A stretch of DNA of 57,354 nt, taken from NCBI GenBank assembly GCA_013416795.1, contig RQSC01000015.1:489541-546894 (forward strand). The letters are read 5' to 3'. The translations under genes were made by a program, and so were the position numbers. Below are positions 46,553 to 57,354 of the stretch, piece after piece. The stretch's first letter is position 1, and each line of letters starts with the position of its first letter. This DNA is from Prasinococcaceae sp. CCMP 1430. Its lineage: Eukaryota > Plantae > Prasinodermophyta. The notes under the pieces are model-generated. The model was not told where the DNA came from and ran no database searches. It saw nothing but the letters and a program-made list of their open reading frames with translations.

Positions 46553-49500
46553 TGGGCAGCGCGCTGGAGGCTGGTGACCTTTCTGCCGCGCAGGCGGACG
46601 GCGCGGAGGCCGGGGGGGCGTCCGGGGCCGTCGTTGTGGCGGCGGGCTCGGACGCGGGCCCTGCGGCGTTCATGGCGCAGCTTGCGGCGTACGAGGAGCG
46701 CGCGAGGGCGGCAGAGGCGCGTGAGCGCGTGGCGAAGAACCGCGAGGCGGCGGCCGAGGCGCTCGCCCGGGAGGCCGAGGCGCGCGCGGCGCGCGCTGAG
46801 AGTGCGCTCGCCGAGGCCGACGCGTGCGCTGCGAACGCGCTCGCAGAGGCAAATGCGCGCGCGGCGCACGCAGACAAGGAGGTCGAGGTGCTCGAGGTTC
46901 GCTTGAAAGAGGAGTACGCCGCGCGCATCCAGGGCGCGGCCAACGCTGCCACCCTCGCCACGCGGCTTTCGAACGAGGCCGCCGAGCACCGGGTCGAACG
47001 CGAGAAGTGGATGGCGAAGTACGAGGCCATGGACAAGAACTTCGAGCGCGAGCGCGCGCACCTCGTGGCCAACATCGAGCAGTTGAAGACCGAGCGCGAG
47101 CACGAGAGGACCGAATTCGACTCGCGTTACAAGCAAATGGAGCTTCTGACGGCGAGGGTGACGGAGTCGATCGAGCCTCACGCCGATGCGGCGCACGCGG
47201 GCGCGCCTGGGGGCGCGCCGGCAGTGCCGCACAGCCAGGAGCCGAAAGAGCTCCTGGCCGATGCGCACGACAAACAGGGCGGTCCGCAGAAGCCCGAGTC
47301 GCCCCCGCCTCAGCAGCAGCCGGCCACGTGGCCCCCGGTCCCGCCGCTAGACAAGGGCGAGGACGCTCAGGTGTCATTCGGGGCAGGGACCTGCCCAGAT
47401 GACAACGACAACAACAGCAGTGGCACAGCGCGCGTGACTCTCGAGAAAGCCATTGAGGTCCAACAGCCTCGGCGCGGCGCGACGGAGGCCGAAGGCGCAG
47501 GCCCAGCATCGCAACTTGCAGGGGCGGACGGCGGCGACGACGGTGAGGTGGTCGCGTTTCTTTGGAAGCGCACGGCCAATGGCGGCTTTGCGCTCGGCCC
47601 AGCCTCAAGTGATCTGTGTGTTGACGAGGCGTTGCAAGCCCGAAAGGAAGGGCGCTGGGATGAGCTCAAGGAGCTGCAGCGCAACATGAAGGCAGGTTTC
47701 TTGGGTTACATGAACGACATCGTTGCATTGCGACACCAAGCAAAAGCGGTAGCCGATGCGGCAGCTGCACTCGCGCATACGTACACATATGACGATGGCA
47801 ACCCGGGCGCATCGCCCGACTACGACTCTGACAACGACTTTGCTATGGTCGACGCCGCACCTGACGCTGCACTGGATGGTGCCGACGTCGATGAGGATGA
47901 CGACGACATTGCTTTTGAGGTGTTTGCTGGCGATGCCGATGATGGTACAAGTGAGGAACGGCGTGATGAGGTGGACTCCGGTGCGGGCGACAACAGCGAG
48001 GATGACGACGATGCAATGAGCGATGACGGCGCCACCATGGAGGACAACAGCACTCTGCCGCACGCGGCACCTTCCCTCGCGCGTGCAGCCGGTGGGATGG
48101 ACTCGGCCGACACGCACCGCAACGCACAGAAGAGGCCAGCCGGCGACGTTCTTGCTCCGCCAGGTGGACACAAGGCCTCCAAGCAGGCCCGTCGTCGTGT
48201 CACCCCCAAGGCATTGAGCGCCGCCGATGTGCGCAGCTTGGAGGCGGAACTCGAGCAGAGGCGCGAGGCTGCCGAACGCGCGAATCCCAACATTGCGGGG
48301 ATGCGTGGCGGCGGCGGGATGGGTCCGCTGGAGACGCTCATCGGCACCCTCGAGACCCCGGGCTCGGCGCTTGCGAGGGATGTGGTGGAGGCGCAGCGAA
48401 AGAAGATCGAAGCGCAATGGGAGGCCACCGAGAGGCCTCAACTGGACAAGACGCGCGCTGTGATCTGGAAGGAGGTGACTTCGAGCAGCGCTGTTGATCT
48501 CGCGCAGGAGCTGGCGAGTTTCCGCGCGCGGCTTGCCAAGCTCACCCAGAGCCTAGTCGAGAGCTTCGAGGACGAGTGCGGGAGAGGTGTCCCCCCGGAG
48601 GACGCAGCGCGTCGATGCAGTGCGATGAAATTCACTGTTGCGTCCATCTGCCGACTGAAGTATCTACAGTCCCTGGCAGGCATGTCGGAGGCGCCTGACG
48701 ATGTGCGCGCGGAGGATCAGAGTGGCGATGGGGAAGCCCAGCGGCCTGCTGAACCTGTGAGTCGCAAGCACAGCGGCCGGGGCAACATTGCCCGCGACGT
48801 CGGCAGTACGGTGACGCTCGTCGATCTCATCAAGGCTGGCTTGGTAGAGGCCGGGAACAACGCTCTCGTGCTGCGCCTCAAACAGCAGGAGTTCGTGGCC
48901 GACCTGGACAAAGACGGGACAATCCGTTTCGAGGGGTGCGCCTTCAACTCGCTCAACGCTTTCGGCTCGCACGTTGCGAAGCTCTTTTCTGACAAGCTGA
49001 CCGTCAGTGCCTGGTTCGCGACACGACATCAGGGCAAGAAGATGTCTGAGTACAAGGCGACGTACAAGCAGCAGGTGCGCGAGGATATGGCGGACTTCAT
49101 CGAGGACGACATGCCAGAGGACACGATCGCGCAAGAGCGGGAGAAGGAACAGGAGGCTCCACAGAGAGTCCACGGAGTTGCCAACGGCGAGACGATCAAT
49201 CTCCTCGCCACCGACTGCGATGACACAGCCGACGGGATTGCGCAGGACTCCGCGCCGGCTGCCAAGCGCACGAAGAGCAAAGTCCGCGCGACCAACACGC
49301 AAATCATTCATCCTGCCTCGACCTCGCCCAATCACAGCAAAACGTATGTTCTGTGCTCTTTGTCTGAGGGAGATGCCTGCGAAGTGAGCGCAGACACCGA
49401 ACAGCCGGGCTCGGGTGACGAGTTTTGGCTGCCTGCGACGTTCGTAAAGCCCCTGTCCAGCGACGGGCGGGGCAAGTATGCGAGCGCCCAGGTGAAGCTA

Positions 49501-52500
49501 TCGCAGGCTTCTTCGCCGATACACACAGCCTTGGTCAAAGTGCGCCCGGTGCCGCCGAGTGCCCCTGACGACGAGCTGAGAGGATTCCAGGACGTCACTG
49601 TGGGGGAGACCGTCGAGGTGAAGGTGGAGTCAAAGGGCGCCCCCGGTGGCATTTGGAAACGCCTCGTGGTCGCACGCCAGGCCACGGCGGGCGCGTGGTA
49701 TGACTGCGCCACGCTCGCCGAGATTGGATTGCAAATTGGCGGAAATATCGGCGACGCAAGCGTCGGGCAGAACGCGAGCGTCGACGCAGCCACTGACATG
49801 GATGCCTCGCCTGCGTGGGGGCGCGTTTTGTCCAGGTTGCGAGCGGCGAAAGGGAGGAGCGGCTTGGAGGCCTTTGATGCATTCATTTGCGCCCACGGGC
49901 GTGGTCTGAATGACGTGCCCCCGGGGCTGCGGCGCCTGGGTGCGCAGGTTGCAAATGCGACGGTAACGACGGCGGCGCCGCTGCTGCGGGACGGCGGCGA
50001 GCGCATGCCTCGCATCCGCAGAGCGGCCAACTGGGATCCCACAGGCCAAAAATGGACGCCCATTGCGGCGCTCCCCCCTCGGCGCTGCAGAAGACTGCTG
50101 AAGAATCTTGGTTCGCGGTCTGACGCGCGCGAGAGAAGCCGCGCGCTGGCCCGGTGCCACAGCCACGCATTCGCCGGCGCATCCGAAGATCGCGCGCTCG
50201 CATCGGCGAGGTTGCAGTTTGCAAAGAAGCTTGCGCGCACGCCCACGTACCGCTTCGACGACACAAAGCACGTTCTCAGGGTCTCAGATCCGAGCGACGC
50301 CGCCCAGCTTGCCACCGACAGCAACGGCAGGCCCGACCGAGAGTTCGTGTACGTTTCGAGCAAGGGCGGGCGGCGGCGAGGGGGATTTACGAAGTCGCCA
50401 TTGTCGCAGGTGCGCAGGGCCAAGAGCGCAGGCAAAGACAAGGGCAAGGGACGGGCTGTCCCGAGCCCGAGTGCTGCTGCTGCGCGGCGGCGCGCGCGCG
50501 ACAAGAAGAGCCAGAGGCGCCTCGCCGAGTCCACGCGGGAAATTCACACTGCGGGCGCGCCGTTGCCTGCAGGGGCAGATCTCGACGGTGCCGACAGCGG
50601 GGCGCATGTCCTGCGTGCGGGCATCCCGCAGGTGTGTGGCGGAAGAGACATCACGGTGCTGCCCTATTTGGCGAATCAGCTGAAGAATCATCAGTGGGAT
50701 GGCCTACGCTACGTGTGGGATGCCATCGTCAGCAGGCCTCGCATGGCGGAGCTGTCAGACTCAGACTCAGACGACGACGGCGACGATGATGACGATGGCG
50801 CCGGACGCGACGATGCGACGGGTGGGTGCATCCTGGGCCACTCGATGGGCCTTGGAAAGTCCTTGCAGGCGATCGCGCTCATGCACACGCTGCGCAAGTA
50901 CGAGCTGGCGACGCGTTTCCTTCTCGTAGTTCCTGCCAACGTCGTCTTCAATTGGGTGCACGAGCTTGGCAAGTGGCTGCCCAATGGTGAGAGCTTCGTG
51001 CTCTACAATTGCACTGTGTACACCCGCGATGATCGCGCGCGCGCCGTGGTGCGCTGGGCTCGAGACGGGGGGCTCCTGTTGATGACCTACCACAACTTCG
51101 CCGAGCTCGTGAGCGGTGCAGGTCGAATGCCTAGCCAGCATGACGACGTGTTTGCTGTGAAAGCCATGAAGGACGCAGCGAACAAGCTCAGCGAATGCAC
51201 GGACCTGGTTATCCTCGACGAGGGCCATGAGCTTCGCAACAGCAGCACGCAGAAAGCTGCTGCGTTCAGTTCGTTCCAGTGCCCCATGCGCGTCGTGCTG
51301 ACCGGCTACCCGTTGCAGAACAGCCTTGAGGAGTACTGGACCATGATGAACTTCGTGGCCCCGGGGTTTCTCGGCACGGAGGGCGAATTTCGGGAGGAGT
51401 TCGTGGTACCGATCAAGGAGGGCAACCAGGAAGGCGCGTCGTCGATCGATCGCAGGGTGATGAAGCGGCAGCTGCACGTCCTGCGAGGGTTGGTCGAGGA
51501 TCACTGCCACAGGCTCGGCGCCGACATCCTTCAGGCGGAGCTCGCGGCGCAGGGCGTCACGCTTCACGAGCACGTGCTGCGGGTGGCTATGGTCCCGTTC
51601 CAGGAGGCGCTCTATGCACGGTGGATCGACCTCGCAATTCGCGCGAACGTCGATAGCTTTGTCGTACAGTTCGCGGGCCGGCGCATTATGTGCCACCCAC
51701 ACCTCTTCAAGGTCATTGACATCGACGGCACGAAGAAGGAGGATGCCCCCATCTCAGTAGACGCACTGACGGATGCGTCAATTCGTGCCGTGGATGCCAT
51801 AGAGGCCGCACTTGTGCGGGCCCTCGACGGACGTGATTTCAGATCAGGCCCGTGGCCTCCTCCCTCGCAGCTCGGTGCCTTCGTCGCCACGGCGCTCGAC
51901 TCTGCGCCCGAGGCCGCGGCGGTGGCCGCCGGGCTCGCCAATCAACTCAAAGGTTATGGCGAGAACGGTAGGGATACGACACTCGCTGAACTCAATGCAG
52001 AGAAACGGCGGCTTGCTGTAGCTGGTGCAGTCTCGAGCATATGTACCCCGCAGCACATTGAAAGCCTTCACCGGTCCGCATGCAAGGGCGGGGTGAACGC
52101 TGTGATTGCGCGAAACGAGTCAATCGCCCTCGCCTTGGGCAAGGAATACGTGCCCCGCGTCATGGCAACGCGGGCGTGGCGTCTCGCCAAGGCCGACGCC
52201 ACTGACGGCGGAGCGAGCGAGCCTTCGGGGCGCGTGAGTGTGCCACCGGACCCCACGCACGCCGCGAAGCTGCGAGTCCTGCTCAGCATTGCGGACGCAG
52301 TACAACAGAAGGGGGAGAAATTGCTCGTGTTCACCGACTCGGTCGAATTCATCCACCAGGTCCTCGTGCCGGTTCTGCGCAAGCTCGGATGGCGCCAGAA
52401 CGCCGAGTACTTCCACATCGACGGCAGCGTCGTGCCGGCGAAGCGCCAGGACGCCGTGCGGCACTTCAACAAGTCAAAGCGTGCCAGGATGTTCATTCTC

Positions 52501-53193
52501 TCTACAAAGGCCGGCGCCCTGGGAATCAACCTCACGTCGGCCAACCACTGCGTGCTGTTCGATGAGATTTGGAACCCTTCCTGGCGCAACCAGGCGCTGC
52601 ACCGTTGCTTTCGCATGGGTCAGGAGAAGCCCGTGCACGTGTATCGACTGATCGGCAGCGGCACCTTCGAGGAGATGGTGTACAAGACGTCGCTGGAGAA
52701 GGAGCGCCTGTTCTGCAGCGTCGTCGACAGCCAGAACGTCGGCCTGGCCTCCCATCGCAACAAAAAGATGGCGTTCGAGCGCTACACGAAGCACTCCCCC
52801 GACCTCGACGGCATGACCGCCGTGGCGGACGGAGTGGGCACCTCTGGCGCGGGTGGGCGGGCAGCGGCGGAGCACAGCTCCGTGCTCCGCGACCTGGCTC
52901 GCGCCGGCGCGTCTCAGGCGCTGCCGCTGCTCTCGGTGTACTCGGCGCGCGACGACATGCCGCCAGAGCAGCAGCTCGACCGCGACGACCGCGTTGGCGC
53001 CCTACGCGACGCCGTCGGGCGCTTCAGCAGGATGACCGGCCGCAAGGCCACGGCCGCTGAAGCGGGCGGCGGCGGCGGTGCCGCCGGCGGCTCCGCCGCG
53101 GCGGCGCGCGCCGAGCGCCGCGTGACCCGCCAGCGGCAGCGCAAGCTCGACGAGCTGCTGCGCCGCGAGGAAAGGACCGGGGCGGAGGGCTGA
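46372..53193 (+). CDS. Large intronless SNF2-family ATPase (ATRX/ARIP4-like) with coiled coil, RAMA domain and Agenet/Tudor-like repeats; true ATG may be downstream (e.g. 46672)
   Basis: GGCILGHSMGLGKSLQ, VILDEGH, VVLTGYPLQN, EKLLVFTDS, FILSTKAGALGINLTSAN and QALHRCFRMGQEKPVHVYRL. RAMA-like segment at 48811-49070. Confidence 0.93.
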
Positions 53194-53584
53194 CCCAGGC
53201 GTGCGGCCTCCCTCGCGCCAGGATGTGATGTAAACCCTACAATGATATTTGTACCATAAACGTAACCCAAACCATCGAATTCGCGAGCGGAGGACTGCGC
53301 GCGCTGCGCACGGGACCACTCCGCGCGCCCTGGGCGCGCGGGGGGCGCCTGGTCGCGCCCCCCTCTCCCCCCTCTGCCTGGGCAGGACACGCGCACGCAC
53401 GCACGCGGGCGCGCCCGCGCGCACACACACACATACCCCCGTACGGGCGTGCGCGCGCGCGTACGCACGCCCTGCCGCGCCCCCCCGCACCCACGCGCTC
53501 TTTTTTGCGCACGCTCTCGCTGGCGTGGGAGCGGGGGGCAAGAGCGTGGGCGGGCGGCAGAGAGGGGGGAGGCGAGCGCAGCCG

Positions 53585-55215
53585 ATGGTGCGGACGCGCG
53601 GTTCGGAAGCGGCGGCGACGCCGTCGCCGCTGCGGCGGCTGAAGCGGACGGGGCGCGACCGCGCGGCCGAGGCGCACGCTCCGTGTGCTGCATGCCCGCG
53701 TTCCGCTGGCCAGCTTCGACGTGGACCTGCACGCTAGGCGCCCGGGGGGGCGGGAGTGCGCCGACACTGCGCGACGCGCTGCTGCGGCGGCAGGACGAGG
53801 TGCTGGGCGCGCGGCGGCGCGGCGGCGCGACCGCCGACGACGCCATCGAGCTGCTGGACGACGACGACGACGACGACGGAACCACGAGCGGGGACGAACT
53901 GCTCGACGACTTCGACCTCGGCGCCCGTGACCTCTTCGCGCCTGCGCGGAGGCGGGCCCCTGCGCCCCGGCGGCAGGAGGCGCGTGCGCGCACGCGGCGC
54001 GTGGTGCTCGATGACAGCGAAGCGAGCGAGGACGACGACCTCGCCGACTTTATTGCTAGCGATGGTGAGGAGCTCGAGGGGGAGGAGGTCGCGGCAGATG
54101 ACCTCGAGGACATGGAGGCCATCATCGCAAGCCAGCGCGAGCGCGAGGCCCTCGACCGCAGCGACGACGAGGGCGCGCGCGCGGAACGCGCGGAGCGGCG
54201 CGTGCGCGGCATGCCCGCGTGGGAGCGGAGGCTCAGCGAAGATGAGCGTGACTGGGTGACGGATTTCAAGGCCATGATGACGTTCCTGCTCATTGAGCTC
54301 GCGGGCGGCCGGGACAGTGTCCAAGAGATCAACGCGGACGGCGCGCAGCGAGCGCACTTTGCGGAGGCCTGTCGGCGGTGCGAGGACCGCTTGCAGGTGC
54401 GCGCGGCCAGCTCGTTGGCGAGCGGTGGCTGGCAGCCGCGCTTTTCCGATGCGCTGCACGCTTGCCCCGCGATCGGCGTGTGCGACCTCGAGGATTTCGA
54501 GGAATGCGGGTGCGAAGCGTGTGGCCGCTCAAATCACGTCGCCAGGGGGCGCATCACGCTGAGGCGGCGGGCGCCAGCGCCCGGGCTCGCGCCTTCGATG
54601 CGGCCCTACCGGTGTGTTGACGACCACGGTCGACTAGTGTACAAGCCTCGGGAAGTCGATGAGGATGAGGACGACGACGAGGATGACGACGAGGATCCCG
54701 GTCACGAGTACGACTTCGAGGCCGGTGAGGGCGGGCGCGCGCTGCTCAATGCGAGATTCGACATAGGGCGCTTCTGCAGGGCGCGAAGCGTGCTCTTTCA
54801 TGCCGCGCTACACTTCACACGGAACTGCCGTCGCGCGGCCGCACGGCGCCTGCTGCGGGAGGTCAGACTGGCCAAGGACACGAGGGCGCGTCAAGCTGGT
54901 GGGGAGGAGCCAGAGGTGAACGTCTCAGCCATCATCAATCGCATCATCGAGGAGACGAGCCTTGTGCAGGACTGTTGGCAGATGGCCAAGCGTATCATTT
55001 GGCTGGCAGACAGGTATCTGGAGGAGGGCTCTAGGAGGAGCTACAAGCCCGGCCAGGCCACGGGCATGGAGGCCGAAGAGTACGACCTGCTACAATTTCA
55101 AGGAAAGCTGGGTGAGAGCGATGACGACCTCGGGCTGGGATGCGACGAGGGGGGGGAACAGGAAAGCGAGGAGGAGGACGCCCCGCGGCGGCGGCCCTCC
55201 CGCACGCGCCGTTGA
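53585..55215 (+). CDS. DUF4211/CCDC82-like acidic protein, N-terminal part; start and 5' splicing uncertain
   Basis: DDDLADFIASD, CEACGRSNH and FDIGRFCRAR..LFHAALHF pattern. The main frame is that of the 53449 ORF; MVRTR at 53585 is a plausible start in another frame. Confidence 0.7.
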
Positions 55216-56274
55216 CGAGGTGCGCAGCGAAACAGCGACGCAAGCGAAGATGACGACCTGGACGACTTCATTGTGGACGATGAGAACAACGAAGCGGAGT
55301 TGCTTGAGGATGACAGCGCCGACGAGGATGTACGCCACTCAAGCCTCTTGTCCTCGAGCAGCGACGACGACGAGGCTCGCTTGCTCGGTGGCCGGGTGGC
55401 CAATGTGGTATCAAAGCGGCGCAGGACTGACCGTGATGCAGGTGCTGGCGCAAGGGCGACGCGGACCGCTCGCACGGCATCGGCAGCAGCGGCAGGGCCT
55501 TCTCGGCGGCGCAATCTTGCAGAGGACGCAGATGCGTACGACGGGTCGCACGGCAGGCGCACACATGGCCTCGCTCGCACGGCGTCACTCGCGCACTCGC
55601 CGCGCGATCCCTCAAAGGTGACAGATGAGCGGTCCGCGGCAGTCGCCAGGCTTTCCAAGCTCGGTGCTGAGAGACGGTTGCGCCAGGCGCGCTTCAGGGA
55701 GAGTCTAGGAGGCGCCGACGACGCTGCCGGTGCCACAGGCGACGTAGTTGGCTCGGCTCGCCGCGAGCAGGAAGACGCGCTTGCCGAGCGACCGGAGGGC
55801 GACTGCCTGAACGATCTCGAGCGGCGCGCATTGCTCGTCCTTCGCATGCGCGCCGAGGCAACAGCGCGTGGTGAGGGCAAGAGCCCCGCAACCGCTCGTG
55901 AGGTCGCGCGCGACGCATCGATGCGCAGCTACAATGCGAAGCAGATCGCTGAGGGTCTCAAGTTCCTTGTGAAGAGTGGGCACATTGACCGCGGCGACGT
56001 GGAGGAGTCGTGCTGGCCCGAGGACCGCGCGGCTCGAAGCAGAGCGCACGCGCTTGGGGGGGGCGCCGAGGATGCCGTAGAGGTCATAAGCGACGGTGAC
56101 CGCGACGACCTTGCGGGCATCGACAACGAGCGCGGTCTCGAGGACGCGGGGCACGAGCTCGATGACGATGACGCCGGTGCCGGCGGGGAGCGCGCAAGCG
56201 GGGCGGGCAGGGCGGGGCGAGGGATGGCTCACAGCCGCCCACGCTTCAATGCAGTCGTGTACGATAGTGACTGA
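55216..56274 (+). CDS. In-frame continuation of the DUF4211 ORF beyond a single TGA
   Basis: Same frame with no gap: RTRR*RGAQRNSDASEDDDLDDFIVDDE. It repeats the DDDLxDFI motif of the upstream part and stays open for about 350 codons. Confidence 0.6.
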   Translation, partial: RGAQRNSDASEDDDLDDFIVDDENNEAELLEDDSADEDVRHSSLLSSSSDDDEARLLGGRVANVVSKRRRTDRDAGAGARATRTARTASAAAAGPSRRRNLAEDADAYDGSHGRRTHGLARTASLAHSPRDPSKVTDERSAAVARLSKLGAERRLRQARFRESLGGADDAAGATGDVVGSARREQEDALAERPEGDCLNDLERRALLVLRMRAEATARGEGKSPATAREVARDASMRSYNAKQIAEGLKFLVKSGHIDRGDVEESCWPEDRAARSRAHALGGGAEDAVEVISDGDRDDLAGIDNERGLEDAGHELDDDDAGAGGERASGAGRAGRGMAHSRPRFNAVVYDSD

Positions 56275-56340
56275 TGTCCATTAAGATGTTTTGTACATGT
56301 ATCTACTGGGGGCGGATGTGTGTCGCGCATGCGCCAGCAC

Positions 56341-57354
56341 TCATTGCGTCATTTGCACTCGCTCGTCTCCCTCGCGCCGTCGCTGCACGAGCCTCCGTGC
56401 GGCCATTGCGACCGACGCCACAAGGAGCACGTGGGCGCCAAACGTCGGCGCGCGCACGCCCAGCCGCACTGGCGCGCGCGGCGCCCGCTCCTGCAGCGCG
56501 GCGGCCATCTGCGCGAGCGCGACGCGGCCTCTTGCGGCCCGCTGCGCGGTTGCGCCTGCCCCGTGGCGCACGCCGAGGCGCGCTCGACGGAGTGCGCGCT
56601 TTGAGGCGCGCGCGGCGCCCACGGTGCCCACGGTGCCCACCTCCTCCGCCGTTGTGCCCACGCCAAACAGCAGCGGCACGCAGCCGAGCACGCAGCCCGC
56701 CGAGATGCCCACGACCTGGCCGATCGTGTCCGCCGCTCGCGCAGCCGGCTGGGCCTCCTGCTGCAGCGAGAGCCCGGGATCGGGGAGCACGGCCTCGCTG
56801 ATGCGCTCCACCGTGCCGCTCGTGAGGCAGCCGACCACATCGGCCACTAGGTTGCCCGCCGCGGCGGCGGCCAGGCCATACAGGCCGAAGCGCGGCCCCA
56901 GCTGCGCCTCGATCGCCTCGCCTGCCAGCAGCATCACAAAATTGTCCGAAAAACCGAAGCCCACCATGGAGCCCGCGCCTAGCGCGGCGTGCATGACGAG
57001 CTGCGCCGCCGAAACCTCGGCGTTGGACGCGGCCTCCTGCGCTGCGCGGAAGGCCACCCACTCTTCGCGCGTGAGCACCCCATCGGCGTTGGCGTCGGCG
57101 GTCGTGAACTCCTCGTGGACGTGTGCGGGCGCGTCCCTCTTCTGCTCGCGGCCGTCCAGTGCGAGCCTCCGCCTCGCGAGCGCGCCGAGCACCACCTCGC
57201 GCTCGTCGTCGCCCAGCGCGGCGGCGAACGCATCGAGCGCTGCGGCGCGGCCGCCCACGCCGTCGCCGCCGCACCCTCGCGCGAGCGCGCGGCCGAGCAG
57301 CTCGGCGGCGTCCTCGCCCTGCCGCCTGCGCTCCGCCGCGCTCAGCGCGGCTTC
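56341..57354 (-). CDS. EF-hand plus TMEM65-family membrane protein, 5' end outside the window
   Basis: Canonical EF loop DANADGVLTREE (57096-57061), then MVGFGFSDNFVMLLAGEAIE..LAAAAAGNLVADVVG, matching the TMEM65 pattern. The C-terminal end is uncertain. Confidence 0.82.
   Translation of the reverse strand, partial: EAALSAAERRRQGEDAAELLGRALARGCGGDGVGGRAAALDAFAAALGDDEREVVLGALARRRLALDGREQKRDAPAHVHEEFTTADANADGVLTREEWVAFRAAQEAASNAEVSAAQLVMHAALGAGSMVGFGFSDNFVMLLAGEAIEAQLGPRFGLYGLAAAAAGNLVADVVGCLTSGTVERISEAVLPDPGLSLQQEAQPAARAADTIGQVVGISAGCVLGCVPLLFGVGTTAEEVGTVGTVGAARASKRALRRARLGVRHGAGATAQRAARGRVALAQMAAALQERAPRAPVRLGVRAPTFGAHVLLVASVAMAARRLVQRRREGDERVQMTQ

Noticed and set aside
55213-55215. Selenocysteine codon
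   Set aside because: The context is a basic disordered stretch with no redox motif, and no SECIS could be identified by eye.
55112-55227. Intron removing the in-frame TGA
   Set aside because: The donor is phase 1 and the acceptor needs phase 0, and the interval encodes typical acidic sequence.
46402-56801. Numerous long overlapping antisense or alternate-frame ORFs across the window
   Set aside because: Expected from the scarcity of stop codons at high GC. They shadow well-supported genes and are Arg/Ala/Pro-rich without motifs.

Overview
This is GC-rich eukaryotic nuclear DNA, most likely from a flagellate green alga. That inference rests on a plastid-targeted TPI, an HPAT-like arabinosyltransferase, outer-arm dynein LC1 and GT-AG introns often filled with (CA)/(TG) microsatellites. 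About 22 protein-coding loci are supported. They include two dispersed copies of a sterol-desaturase/fatty-acid-hydroxylase gene, TPI, AP-1 sigma, FolD, APC1, a kelch protein, cytochrome-b5 FAH, CWC21, two class I phosphodiesterases, EAPP, VIT1, DNAL1, HPAT, a large SNF2 helicase, a DUF4211 protein and an EF-hand/TMEM65 protein. No rRNA, tRNA, CRISPR array or transposase could be supported. Top biological leads: (1) an ATRX/ARIP4-type SNF2 remodeler carrying a RAMA domain (predicted N6-methyladenine reader) plus tandem Agenet/Tudor-like domains; (2) an intronless XK-like 4-TM module fused to 12 RNI-type LRRs with shuffled units and variable concave-face residues. Top anomaly: 73 nt in hydroxylase copy A are the exact complement, not reversed, of the same-register block in copy B. 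That block, two N gaps and several 5'-truncated genes abutting antisense orphan exons point to assembly or gap-filling problems. These should be checked against reads before any biological interpretation. All coordinates and alignments were done by eye; no database search was run.
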